From positions 1 to 36,167 of the forward strand of contig CAVOCV010000003.1 of assembly GCA_963694325.1 (NCBI GenBank): a stretch of DNA of 36,167 nt, given 5' to 3'. Both the position numbers and the translations under genes were made by a program. Positions within the stretch are counted from its first letter, which is position 1, and every line of letters starts with the position of its first letter. This stretch comes from Candidatus Thalassarchaeaceae archaeon (GTDB lineage: Archaea; Thermoplasmatota; Poseidoniia; Poseidoniales; Thalassarchaeaceae). Below the pieces are notes generated by a model. That model made no database searches and was not told the DNA's origin. It saw only the letters and a list, made by a program, of their open reading frames with translations. Below, in pieces: positions 27,736 to 36,167 of the stretch.

Positions 27736-27759
27736 ATATAATTGTTAGGCCGGGCTAAC
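27736..27759 (-). promoter_or_regulatory. TATA box plus DtxR/MntR/SirR-like operator of the Mn transporter
   Basis: TTATAT (27736-27741, minus strand) next to the palindrome GTTAGGCCGGGCTAAC (27744-27759). Confidence 0.6.
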
Positions 27760-27801
27760 TCATACGATTTCCTCAAGGCCTCGACCCCTCTCGACCGTGC
27801 C

Positions 27802-28635
27802 ATGACACAGCGTGTGCTCGAGTGGGTCACCACGCGTTTGCGCGAGGGCGAGCCTGTCGCGCTCGCCAGCGTCATCAGCGCCCAGGGCAGCGTGCCCGGT
27901 AAACCGGGCGCTCACATGGCGCTGACCGGCGCCGAGATGTTCGGCACGATCGGCGGCGCCGGACTCGAGATGAAGGTGCTCAACCACCTGCGAGAAATCC
28001 TTGAATCGGGAGAGGGTCGTGTCGAGACCTACCAATTGCAAAAGGAGGCAAAAGGCGACGCGGGGACACCCCTCAACAGCCTGTGCGGCGGTATTCTGAC
28101 CGTCGCCATGGAGGTCATCCAACCGATGCCTCACATCCTCCTCGCCGGCGGTGGCCATTGCGCTCAAGCGATCGCCGACGCCAGCGCGACGCTCAGTTGG
28201 GACATCTCGGTCCTCGATGTCAGGCCCGAGTATGCATCCCAAGAATTGTGGCCCGATGCATCCGAATGCATCGCCTCCACACCCGCTGCATTCCTATCGA
28301 GTGAGACCGCGGAATCTCTGGCTCGATTCTCACATATCCTGTTGCTCGGCCATGATTGGGCCATCGATGAGGCACTCCTCATCGGCTTGCTACAGCGGGC
28401 CGAGGAAAGGCCCCGAATCGGTTGTATCGGCAGCCGTTCCAAATGGCAAGCATTTGAGAAATCCGCCCGCGAATCGGGCATCACCCAAGCACAATTGGAT
28501 GCGGTCATTTGCCCCATCGGTGTCAACATCGGTGCGGAATCTCCTCAGGAGATCGCTGTCGCAGTCCTCGCCCAAATCATCGCTGAGTCCAAAGGGGTGG
28601 AGCCGGGCGCGTCGTCTTGGAGGACCTCCAGTTGA
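27802..28635 (+). CDS. xdhC: XdhC/CoxI-family molybdoenzyme maturation factor
   Basis: GSVPGKPGA, GTIGGAGLE, CGG, LAGGGH, IGCIGSRSK, PIGVNIGAESPQEIAVAVLAQII. Confidence 0.9.
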   Translation: MTQRVLEWVTTRLREGEPVALASVISAQGSVPGKPGAHMALTGAEMFGTIGGAGLEMKVLNHLREILESGEGRVETYQLQKEAKGDAGTPLNSLCGGILTVAMEVIQPMPHILLAGGGHCAQAIADASATLSWDISVLDVRPEYASQELWPDASECIASTPAAFLSSETAESLARFSHILLLGHDWAIDEALLIGLLQRAEERPRIGCIGSRSKWQAFEKSARESGITQAQLDAVICPIGVNIGAESPQEIAVAVLAQIIAESKGVEPGASSWRTSS

Positions 28636-29852
28636 TGCGCGTCTCATCCCTCACTCTACTCCTTTTGTTGACCAGTCTGTCGGGCTGCTTCGGTACTGAT
28701 GGTGGCCCTTCGAGCTCGGCTGATGAATCCGCGGAATTCGGCGCCTATACGATTGTCGCGCCAATCGACACGGGCATCAATGTCTACCACAATCACTTCC
28801 GCTGGAACGGCACGATTCCACAATGGTTGCTCGATGCAAACGGGGTCACCCAAGTGGTCGACCCGACCTTGGAGGGATCCTATTCAGAACGATTCGAAGC
28901 GGATGCGGCGATGTGGGACAACATCAGCGCCACCGACGTGGTCTGGTTCCGCGGCACACGCATCATGGGCACCAGCCCGGATTGGGCGACAGGGTCGGGC
29001 ACGCCGATTTTGGACGACCCCTCCGACGGACACGGCTCGGCCGTGACCGGTGCGGTGCTCAATGCCAATCCCGACGCGCTGATCTTCTTCGTCGAGGGAT
29101 TCAGCGATGCCGCGGTCCTCGCCGCAGCGAACAACCCGATGGTCGACATCCTGACCACCTCCTTCGGCCCCATCGGCAGCATCCCCGTGCCGGGGATCGA
29201 AGATGCGACACGGGTCGCTGTGGTCGAGCAGGGCAAGATTCACACCGGCGCGGCGGACAATTCGCCTTCACCCGCCGTGCAGGACGCGACAGCAGGACCA
29301 CCGTGGAGCATCGGCATCTCGGGTTATGCGGAAGAGGATGATGACCAGAAGGAGACGATGTCGGGGTCCTATCCCGATGTTGCGGCCGACTGGACCCAGG
29401 TCCTGCCCAACCACCAGGACATCGATGGTTACCACCAGACCAGTGGCACGTCTTTCGCCACGCCGCGCACCGCTGGTTTGCTCTCGAAGGTCATCTTCCA
29501 ACTGCGCGACTCTCACGATGACATGGCCTCGGGCGCCGACCCTGACACACGGGCCAAGCAGATCATCAATGGGTCGGATGGGTTCAATCTCGGACAGGCC
29601 GACATTCGAGACGGCCTGAATCTGACGGGTTGGTATCCCTCGTTCTCGACCTGGGACCCCTCGTCCGGCACGACGCCGATGTCCCCTGTCGCCCCGTGCA
29701 CCCAAGTGGGTTGGGGTGTGGTCAACGAGAGCAATGTCGACCCGCTCTACCTCCACCTCGAGGGCACGGACCCGCTACCGCAGCGCCCATCGGATGTTCG
29801 CATGTGCATGGATCTCAATCAGCAGGCGCGGTATGCCTACTGGGGCGAGTGA
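28635..29852 (+). CDS. S8 (subtilisin-like) serine peptidase, lipoprotein
   Basis: Lipobox LSGC; catalytic triad IDTG, DGHGSAV, SGTSFATP. Confidence 0.85.
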   Translation: MRVSSLTLLLLLTSLSGCFGTDGGPSSSADESAEFGAYTIVAPIDTGINVYHNHFRWNGTIPQWLLDANGVTQVVDPTLEGSYSERFEADAAMWDNISATDVVWFRGTRIMGTSPDWATGSGTPILDDPSDGHGSAVTGAVLNANPDALIFFVEGFSDAAVLAAANNPMVDILTTSFGPIGSIPVPGIEDATRVAVVEQGKIHTGAADNSPSPAVQDATAGPPWSIGISGYAEEDDDQKETMSGSYPDVAADWTQVLPNHQDIDGYHQTSGTSFATPRTAGLLSKVIFQLRDSHDDMASGADPDTRAKQIINGSDGFNLGQADIRDGLNLTGWYPSFSTWDPSSGTTPMSPVAPCTQVGWGVVNESNVDPLYLHLEGTDPLPQRPSDVRMCMDLNQQARYAYWGE

Positions 29853-32800
29853 TCAGACCGGTTCCCAGTCGAGCACGACCTGACCCCACTGATCCCAGCG
29901 AACGATGGCCCGGAAGCCCTCGTGCGGGGTTTCTGCGACCGCATTCTCGATTCGGGTGCGCACATCGTCGGGCAATTCCACATCGTAGTGTTCGCCGCTG
30001 ATTCGCGGTCGCACCGGTGCAGGCTCGGGAACCTCAAGGGATTCAACTTCGGATTCAACTTCGGTTTCCTCCTCGGATGTCGATTCAGGTTCTTCTTCGG
30101 GAATATCCTCAGGAGAGGCAGGTACGACGGCCGGCGCGATTCCTGTGCCCGACATCTCGATGCCGGCTCGACTCATGTACAGGATGCCTTGCATCATCAT
30201 GGTCAAGCTTGCGAGCACCAACATGACGCCGCGCAGGATGCCTTCTGTATCGGTCGCGATGATGACGAACCCAACAGCGACACCAATCATCGAATAGATG
30301 CGTCGCCAATTCTCGTCACGCTGGAATCCGAGCGCCATCTGGCCCGCGGAGTGCACACAAAGCATGCCGCCGAACAACCACAATTCGAGGTCGGTGGAGA
30401 GTAGCCAAGCCGCCGGGACGAACAGCATCGCACCGGCCCATCCCGAATGATTCGAGTGCTGGACGACTTCGTCGTCGGACCAATCATCCCAGCCGAGATC
30501 ATACATGGTCCACGATGACCATGTCAGGACAACCGACTCGATGATCAGAACGAAGCCGGCGATTTCGGCCGCCATATCTGGCATGGGATCGGCGAGAATC
30601 CGCGCCACCACCCACGCGTGAGCCACCGGCAAGAGAATGAGCGTGTTCGACCAGCGTCGAGCGTGGGCATGCTTGGTCATCAAGAGCGCGCCGAAGAGAA
30701 GCGACAGTCCGTACAGGTGGTCATCGGCCAACACGGCAGAAATGAAGGCGATGATGACGATTGAATCGACCAGATTGGTCTTTCGTTCCGCACTCCATCT
30801 TGCATCGATCCCGCGGAACAATTTACCCTGCAGATGTGCGATGAAGAGGGCTACATTGAATGCGAATGTGCCGGTGCCGGCGAAACGAATCATCTCACCA
30901 CCACTGGATGCCCACTCCTCATGAGACGCATACATCAGGGAGATGAAGAGGCTGAAGCTGGCGAACCAGAACCAATCCATGACGCCGAATGCCCAGGCGC
31001 CCAGTGAGAGAATCAAGATGGCTGCGACGGCGAACCAGTGCGCATCTGGCACGAGCAGGAAGGCACCGGCAATGACGAAGACCGCGGGCATGCCAAGCGG
31101 GTGTGCATGCTCGTCTACGGACTCACCTTGAGAGGCGGCACGGCGATCCACGAGATGGCCGAACAATGAGGGCGCACCGATGGCAATCAGACCGAGCCCC
31201 GCCCAGCGAGGCAAACCGAGCAGGGCGATCTCGGCGAGGTTTTCAATCTCGGGCAGGTGTGAGATGATGGTGGCATTCGACGCCAGATCCAGCGTCCAAA
31301 TCCAAATCAACCACGCGCCGCCGAGGAATTGGACGGCCCGACCCTGCCGGTGGTTGTACCCACGCAGCAAGACGATGAAGAAGATTGGCAGGGCCAACAG
31401 GCCACCGCTTGCATCGAGCATGGCGATGGCGAGTAGACCGAGCAGGGTCCAGTTCCCACCTCTCATGTCCTTCTCCTCCGAGAGACCCCCGCGTCGGACG
31501 AGAATGTCACCGAGCATCGGCCCGGCCAAGAGAAGACCATCGAACAGCAGGATGCTGGTCGTCAAGGTGTCCGCAGGATTTGCGTGAAGTGCGATCGCGG
31601 TCGGCAGGCCGATCAGGAAGAGAATCCACGCACCCGCAGATCGGGTTCGGTCATCCTTGGGCAATTCGTTCAGGATCTCATTCAGCAGAATCGCAATCGG
31701 CAGAGAGAGCATCGCGATCAGATGCAGTTCCGTCCCGTTTCCACTGTTGGAGAGGGCGAGGCCAAAGAGCAGGAGTGGGCCGACGAGTCCAAGCCGTGAT
31801 GCGGGGCCAAGCCGCATGCCTTCGAACATGCCAAACATGGGTTTCTCCTGCTGAATCCAAGCATTCGTCGCCGGGTCCCATTCGGGCACCGTCGTCGTGA
31901 TTCGACCGACCCTTTCGAGCAATTCCCCGACGTCGACCTCGACGCGGGAAAGGCCGCGCCCGAGCACGTAGAGCACGAGGGCGAGCACCATCGCCTCGAT
32001 GTGCATGCCCTGCACGTCGAGGCCGGGGATGCCGAGTCGTCCGGCCAATTCGAGAATGAGGATGCCAATGATCGCGATCGCCATGCGTCCGGTCGCCTCG
32101 AGCCGCGCCTCTTCGCCCGCTTCGATGATTGAATCCGCCTCGTTGGACTGCTGCCAGACCAACAGCAACAGGAATCCGGCGATGCCCAGCGGGAGATAGG
32201 CGCCCGAGCCCATCAGTAACTCATTCGAAAGCAAGATCATCAGCAGACCGACGTTGTGAGCGCGACTGGAGAGCACCTTTTCGCGCACCCCGAAGTGACC
32301 CGCGATGATCAGCGCCAACGGCGGCACAGCGACGAATAGCGGATCGAGTTGCAACACCTCGAACGTCGCCACACTGGAGATCCAGCCACCAACCCACCAT
32401 GCGAACATCATCGCGATGAATGTCCAATCCGCCACCCAACGCCGTGTCTGCGGCACGGTCAGCATGTAGACAAAAGACAGCAAACCCAGGCACCACGCCA
32501 CCATTGCACCGGGTGAGGGAATGAGCAACAGCGCCAAACCGAGACCGATTGGCATCGAGGGAACGCGGTTCTTGTGAACCGGGTAAAAGAAGCCGATGAG
32601 AAGCGCCATCCACAACACCAGATTCAGCGTCACCCAGGGATGGATGACCGGCACGAGCAAGATGAAAATCGCCCCCTTCCCAGCCGCGACCCATTGCGCC
32701 AGTACGACAAGCCCGACCAATGCCACAGTCCCCTTCTCGATCATCGAGCGAGACAACACCGGATGCGCGGCGAACACACCTTGGACGAGGACGATGATCA

Positions 32801-33611
32801 CCAACATCGACAACCCAGCCCCCGGAATCGACAGGTTCGCCTCGTAGACGAATGGTGCGATTGAACAGACGATGGCCGAGGCGATGAACAGTGGGCTTCG
32901 ATTGCTCGCCGTGGCCAAAGCCATCGACAGCACGGCCATCGACAGCACCCCGATCAGCATCGGAATGCCCGGCACGCCCTCGGCCCAATCCAACCAGACT
33001 TGGGCGCCGATCAGCAGCACAGCCAACGGTGAGAGCACCAGAACCATCCGCGCCAGACTGCCGCCCTCGACCCGTTCGGTATAGGCCCACAATCCCAGTG
33101 CCGCGGCGACGAATGCTGCGGATTGCGCCACGATGCTCCACGCACCGGGCAACCAGCCTTCTCCACCGCTCTCCCCTTGACATAGACCGGTGGCCTCCGC
33201 GCCATTTCCACAAACGAAGAACATCGCGAATCGGGTCATCCAGAATGTGCCCAACATCGCGAAAAGAAGGCCGAAAGCGAGCAGATACTCGTGCATGATC
33301 GACAGCACGCCATGGCGGCGGTGCTGGAACTCGACCAAGGCGAGAGTCGCTGTCACGGCGACGATTGCACCGAGTGAAAGCCAGAGGAAAGTCAACTCAG
33401 AATCGGCATCGGCAACCATGAATTGATAGATTCCGAGAATCAGGGCGAGCACACCGCCGCCAATCGAGATCAACATCCCGAATTGAGCGTCGACTCGAAC
33501 ACCATCCGCGGGTGTGGGCATCACCTTGAGGCCGGGCTGATACGCAGCCTGTATTCGACCGGGGGTCTGAATCTCTCGGAATCGCGAACGACCACCCTCA
33601 TTTTCATCCAT
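29853..33611 (-). CDS. Very large polytopic membrane protein of unknown function (~1250 aa)
   Basis: Long ORF made of successive hydrophobic helices, acidic linker and short soluble C-terminal domain. Start ATG 33611 assumed. Confidence 0.8.
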   Translation of the reverse strand: MDENEGGRSRFREIQTPGRIQAAYQPGLKVMPTPADGVRVDAQFGMLISIGGGVLALILGIYQFMVADADSELTFLWLSLGAIVAVTATLALVEFQHRRHGVLSIMHEYLLAFGLLFAMLGTFWMTRFAMFFVCGNGAEATGLCQGESGGEGWLPGAWSIVAQSAAFVAAALGLWAYTERVEGGSLARMVLVLSPLAVLLIGAQVWLDWAEGVPGIPMLIGVLSMAVLSMALATASNRSPLFIASAIVCSIAPFVYEANLSIPGAGLSMLVIIVLVQGVFAAHPVLSRSMIEKGTVALVGLVVLAQWVAAGKGAIFILLVPVIHPWVTLNLVLWMALLIGFFYPVHKNRVPSMPIGLGLALLLIPSPGAMVAWCLGLLSFVYMLTVPQTRRWVADWTFIAMMFAWWVGGWISSVATFEVLQLDPLFVAVPPLALIIAGHFGVREKVLSSRAHNVGLLMILLSNELLMGSGAYLPLGIAGFLLLLVWQQSNEADSIIEAGEEARLEATGRMAIAIIGILILELAGRLGIPGLDVQGMHIEAMVLALVLYVLGRGLSRVEVDVGELLERVGRITTTVPEWDPATNAWIQQEKPMFGMFEGMRLGPASRLGLVGPLLLFGLALSNSGNGTELHLIAMLSLPIAILLNEILNELPKDDRTRSAGAWILFLIGLPTAIALHANPADTLTTSILLFDGLLLAGPMLGDILVRRGGLSEEKDMRGGNWTLLGLLAIAMLDASGGLLALPIFFIVLLRGYNHRQGRAVQFLGGAWLIWIWTLDLASNATIISHLPEIENLAEIALLGLPRWAGLGLIAIGAPSLFGHLVDRRAASQGESVDEHAHPLGMPAVFVIAGAFLLVPDAHWFAVAAILILSLGAWAFGVMDWFWFASFSLFISLMYASHEEWASSGGEMIRFAGTGTFAFNVALFIAHLQGKLFRGIDARWSAERKTNLVDSIVIIAFISAVLADDHLYGLSLLFGALLMTKHAHARRWSNTLILLPVAHAWVVARILADPMPDMAAEIAGFVLIIESVVLTWSSWTMYDLGWDDWSDDEVVQHSNHSGWAGAMLFVPAAWLLSTDLELWLFGGMLCVHSAGQMALGFQRDENWRRIYSMIGVAVGFVIIATDTEGILRGVMLVLASLTMMMQGILYMSRAGIEMSGTGIAPAVVPASPEDIPEEEPESTSEEETEVESEVESLEVPEPAPVRPRISGEHYDVELPDDVRTRIENAVAETPHEGFRAIVRWDQWGQVVLDWEPV

Positions 33612-33724
33612 GGACACAATTTCGTTCGCCACCCCATAATGGATTGCCCGGCTTCTACCCCATACACCCACACCCCCAGCCTCCAGAGGAGGCTTCAAGA
33701 GTCCCAGCCACGCAGCGTAGGCCC

Positions 33725-34360
33725 ATGCAGGTCGTCCACCTTCATTGGGGGACGTCGTCCATGCAGGGCACGGGATTTGACGATCTGCTCATCCCGTGCT
33801 CCCACCTTGAGGTGGTCGCCCATCTCGATGTCTCCGAAGCCGGCGTTCGGCAGTTGATGCGATGTCAATTTCGAGATGGCTACGGCCCGGAGGACCTCTC
33901 CGACTCCAAGCATCTGACCTTCGAGTCCGCCTTGCCAAGCAGGGAAGGCGAGCCACCGATCGTCGTCTTCAACACGCATCCATTGGCCCTTGCCAGCATC
34001 CAGTTCCAAGACATCGCGGTGCTACCGCCCTACACGATTTCAGAGGAAGGTATCTCGATTACTCTGCGCGGCGTGCCCTCCGGCATCGCCGCCTTCCTCA
34101 AACTCGCGAGAGAAATCCTCCCCCCAGACAAGGTCAAAGTCGTCAAAGAGGAACAGGAGACGAACGGCCTGAAGAACCAATTCGGAGAACGGCAGTGGGA
34201 GGTTGTTCAGGCCGCGGTCCAGTGGGGCTACTACGATAATCCGAGGCGCATTTCGATTCGACAGATGTCCGAGCGCCTCGACATAGCGCGCTCAACCCTT
34301 GGAGAGCACCTTCACGGTGCAGAATCCATCCTCGTTCGATGGGTCGTCGAGAACGATTGA
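33725..34360 (+). CDS. HTH_10 (bacterio-opsin activator-like) transcriptional regulator
   Basis: RQWEVVQAAVQWGYYDNPRRISIRQMSERLDIARSTLGEHLHGAE; TTCAAG 31 nt upstream of ATG 33725. Confidence 0.88.
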   Translation: MQVVHLHWGTSSMQGTGFDDLLIPCSHLEVVAHLDVSEAGVRQLMRCQFRDGYGPEDLSDSKHLTFESALPSREGEPPIVVFNTHPLALASIQFQDIAVLPPYTISEEGISITLRGVPSGIAAFLKLAREILPPDKVKVVKEEQETNGLKNQFGERQWEVVQAAVQWGYYDNPRRISIRQMSERLDIARSTLGEHLHGAESILVRWVVEND

Positions 34361-34361
34361 A

Positions 34362-36167
34362 TCAATCCTCTGATTCATCCTCAGAATCTTCTTCAGATTC
34401 CGATTCCGATTCTGCATCCTCATCATCATCCACTGAATCGGCCTCGACTCCATCGGTGCCATCGAAGGCCGCATTCACATCATCCTCTTCGTCATCTTCC
34501 TGCAACTTGGGCAGGACAACCATGGTGATGCCAGCGAGCAAGAGGAGATCCGCAACGATCCAGATGGCGAGCGTGATCTGATCGATATACATCGCGTCAC
34601 CACCCGTATCCATATTCGTCCAATAGGCATAGGGCCGGACATTGTGAACGACCTTGTCCTTGAACACCTCGGCTTGATCCGGCTCGATGCCCTGAACGAC
34701 TTGAATCTGGAATACAGGCGTCAAATTGCCCATGTCGGGGTCGGTGGCGCCGACACCGCGGATATCGAGATAGAAGTACGAATCCATCTCGACACCGATC
34801 ACGGCGTTCACATTCGGTTCAACCTGAAGGTCGACCTGGCCACCGAAGTAAATCGGCAGTGCGCCAGGGAAGACATCCAGTACGCCCTCAGCGCCGATCA
34901 GCTTGGCCTGAATCGGATTTTCACGCGGGTCGAGAATGATGCGATGATGCACGGTCTCGATGCCTTGAATCGAGCCCTCGCCAACAATCTCTGAGGTCGC
35001 AACAGCATAGCCACCGAGATTCATCGTCGCGGGTTCATCCGCGGGGAAGACCGTCCCGACCACACCACTCTGCACGATCGGATCGAGCATGCCATAGGCG
35101 GATTCATTGCGCGCCGGAGACCGCCACGGCAGGTGGATATCCCCATCCTCAGCGATGCGCTGACCGGGCAATCCTTTCGCGCCCGCACCGGTATAGACCG
35201 TGATGATGGAAGAGGATTCAGTAGAAACGCCATCCGAGCCGTAGTAGGTCTCATTCTTCTCCAGTGAGACCCAACCGAGATCAGGGTCATCCCCATCACC
35301 TTCGAGGGTTGCGACGAGCGGGTCGCGCCATCCGAGCAACCACTCATTCACCGATTGGGTCAGGTAGGGACTCGCATCGTAGAAGGTGGTCAACAGATCA
35401 CCGATCAACTCGTTGAACACCTTTTCACGAATCAACCAACGCAGTGACTTCGCCGTGTTTTCATCGACATCATACAACTCGGCGACGAACGAATCATTCC
35501 ACACGTGTTGGGTCCCACCCGCGGTCGGCACATACGTCTCATTCATCGGCACGGATAGGCCCGACATCTCTCCAAAGAGGAAATCGACACCGAACGAGGT
35601 CGTCAACCCATGCGTCTCACCGAACAGAATATTCTCAGAGACGCTGGGGTCCACGTCGACCGCTGACCCATACATCATCGGCCATACGCCCGCCAAATTC
35701 AATCCAAGCGCGATGTAACCGCCGGTCACCGGATCCTTCGAACCAAACGATTCCAACAACCAATCATCCGCATTCAAGCGACCTTCGCCGCCCGTCAGCA
35801 CCGTCTCGAATTCGGAGTCACCAAGGAACCAACCACCGGCCCAATTCTGACCGATCGCCACCAACTCAGTGTAGCCGAATCGGTGCGCGGAATCCACCGT
35901 GTACCGATTCATCGTTCCGAATGGATCGTCGAGAGCCCCCTGAAGGAAAGCCGTCGCGCCGCAGGTGATGCCGAGATTGTCGCACACCAGCAATCCGATG
36001 TACGTCCCATCTTCCTCGACACCGAAGAGCAGTCGCTCAATCGTTTCATTGTGATCGATGTTCAGTCCGGTCATCTGTTCCAGGCGATCGTTCAACTCAT
36101 CGTAACTCAGTTGACCGATGGGAATGCCGCCGCGGGCGGCGGACCAAGGAGATAGAATTCCATGATA
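34362..36167 (-). CDS. Large membrane-anchored protein with CD36/SR-B-like ectodomain (5' end outside the window)
   Basis: Frame stays open to the window edge (YHGILSPWSAARGG...). CD36-like motif series, then a TM helix and an acidic tail. Confidence 0.7.
   Translation of the reverse strand, partial: YHGILSPWSAARGGIPIGQLSYDELNDRLEQMTGLNIDHNETIERLLFGVEEDGTYIGLLVCDNLGITCGATAFLQGALDDPFGTMNRYTVDSAHRFGYTELVAIGQNWAGGWFLGDSEFETVLTGGEGRLNADDWLLESFGSKDPVTGGYIALGLNLAGVWPMMYGSAVDVDPSVSENILFGETHGLTTSFGVDFLFGEMSGLSVPMNETYVPTAGGTQHVWNDSFVAELYDVDENTAKSLRWLIREKVFNELIGDLLTTFYDASPYLTQSVNEWLLGWRDPLVATLEGDGDDPDLGWVSLEKNETYYGSDGVSTESSSIITVYTGAGAKGLPGQRIAEDGDIHLPWRSPARNESAYGMLDPIVQSGVVGTVFPADEPATMNLGGYAVATSEIVGEGSIQGIETVHHRIILDPRENPIQAKLIGAEGVLDVFPGALPIYFGGQVDLQVEPNVNAVIGVEMDSYFYLDIRGVGATDPDMGNLTPVFQIQVVQGIEPDQAEVFKDKVVHNVRPYAYWTNMDTGGDAMYIDQITLAIWIVADLLLLAGITMVVLPKLQEDDEEDDVNAAFDGTDGVEADSVDDDEDAESESESEEDSEDESED

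Noticed and set aside
34365-34500. Low-complexity GATTC/TCA repeats
   Set aside because: They simply encode the Asp/Glu/Ser-rich tail of the last protein.

Overview
GC-rich archaeal chromosomal segment. The gene content suggests Thermoplasmatota, probably Marine Group II/Poseidoniales (inference, from two-subunit RPA, archaeal RibL/RibH, an HTH_10 regulator, a CCA-less tRNA, GGTGA-type SD sites and many leaderless genes). In order it carries: a truncated Tad/type-IV-pilus-like ATPase, two T2SS-F proteins and a small beta protein; RPA subunits; an M14 deacylase; a K+ channel; mog; a bacterial-type RNase PH; tRNA-Phe; endonuclease IV; a secreted animal-type heme peroxidase convergent with a CRTAC1/ASPIC-UnbV protein; a riboflavin/FAD operon; an RHH-PIN toxin-antitoxin pair; trxB and moeB; an orphan receiver protein; a DedA protein; a fused 2-oxoacid dehydrogenase E1 and an acyl-CoA dehydrogenase; a MocA-like gene, a putative Mn transporter and xdhC; an S8 lipoprotein; a ~1250-aa polytopic membrane protein; an HTH_10 regulator; and a 5'-truncated membrane protein. 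Best leads: (1) the last protein shows a colinear CD36/scavenger-receptor-B-like motif series; (2) the small protein in the Tad-like operon resembles phage tail (Mu DNA-circularisation N-terminal) domains; (3) an archaeal peroxidase-cyclooxygenase-family enzyme; (4) a DtxR-like box upstream of the Mn transporter; (5) a non-canonical TT(C/G)AA TATA element about 30 nt upstream of leaderless starts. No CRISPR, IS or integrase was seen. All family calls come from motif recognition by eye, not database searches.
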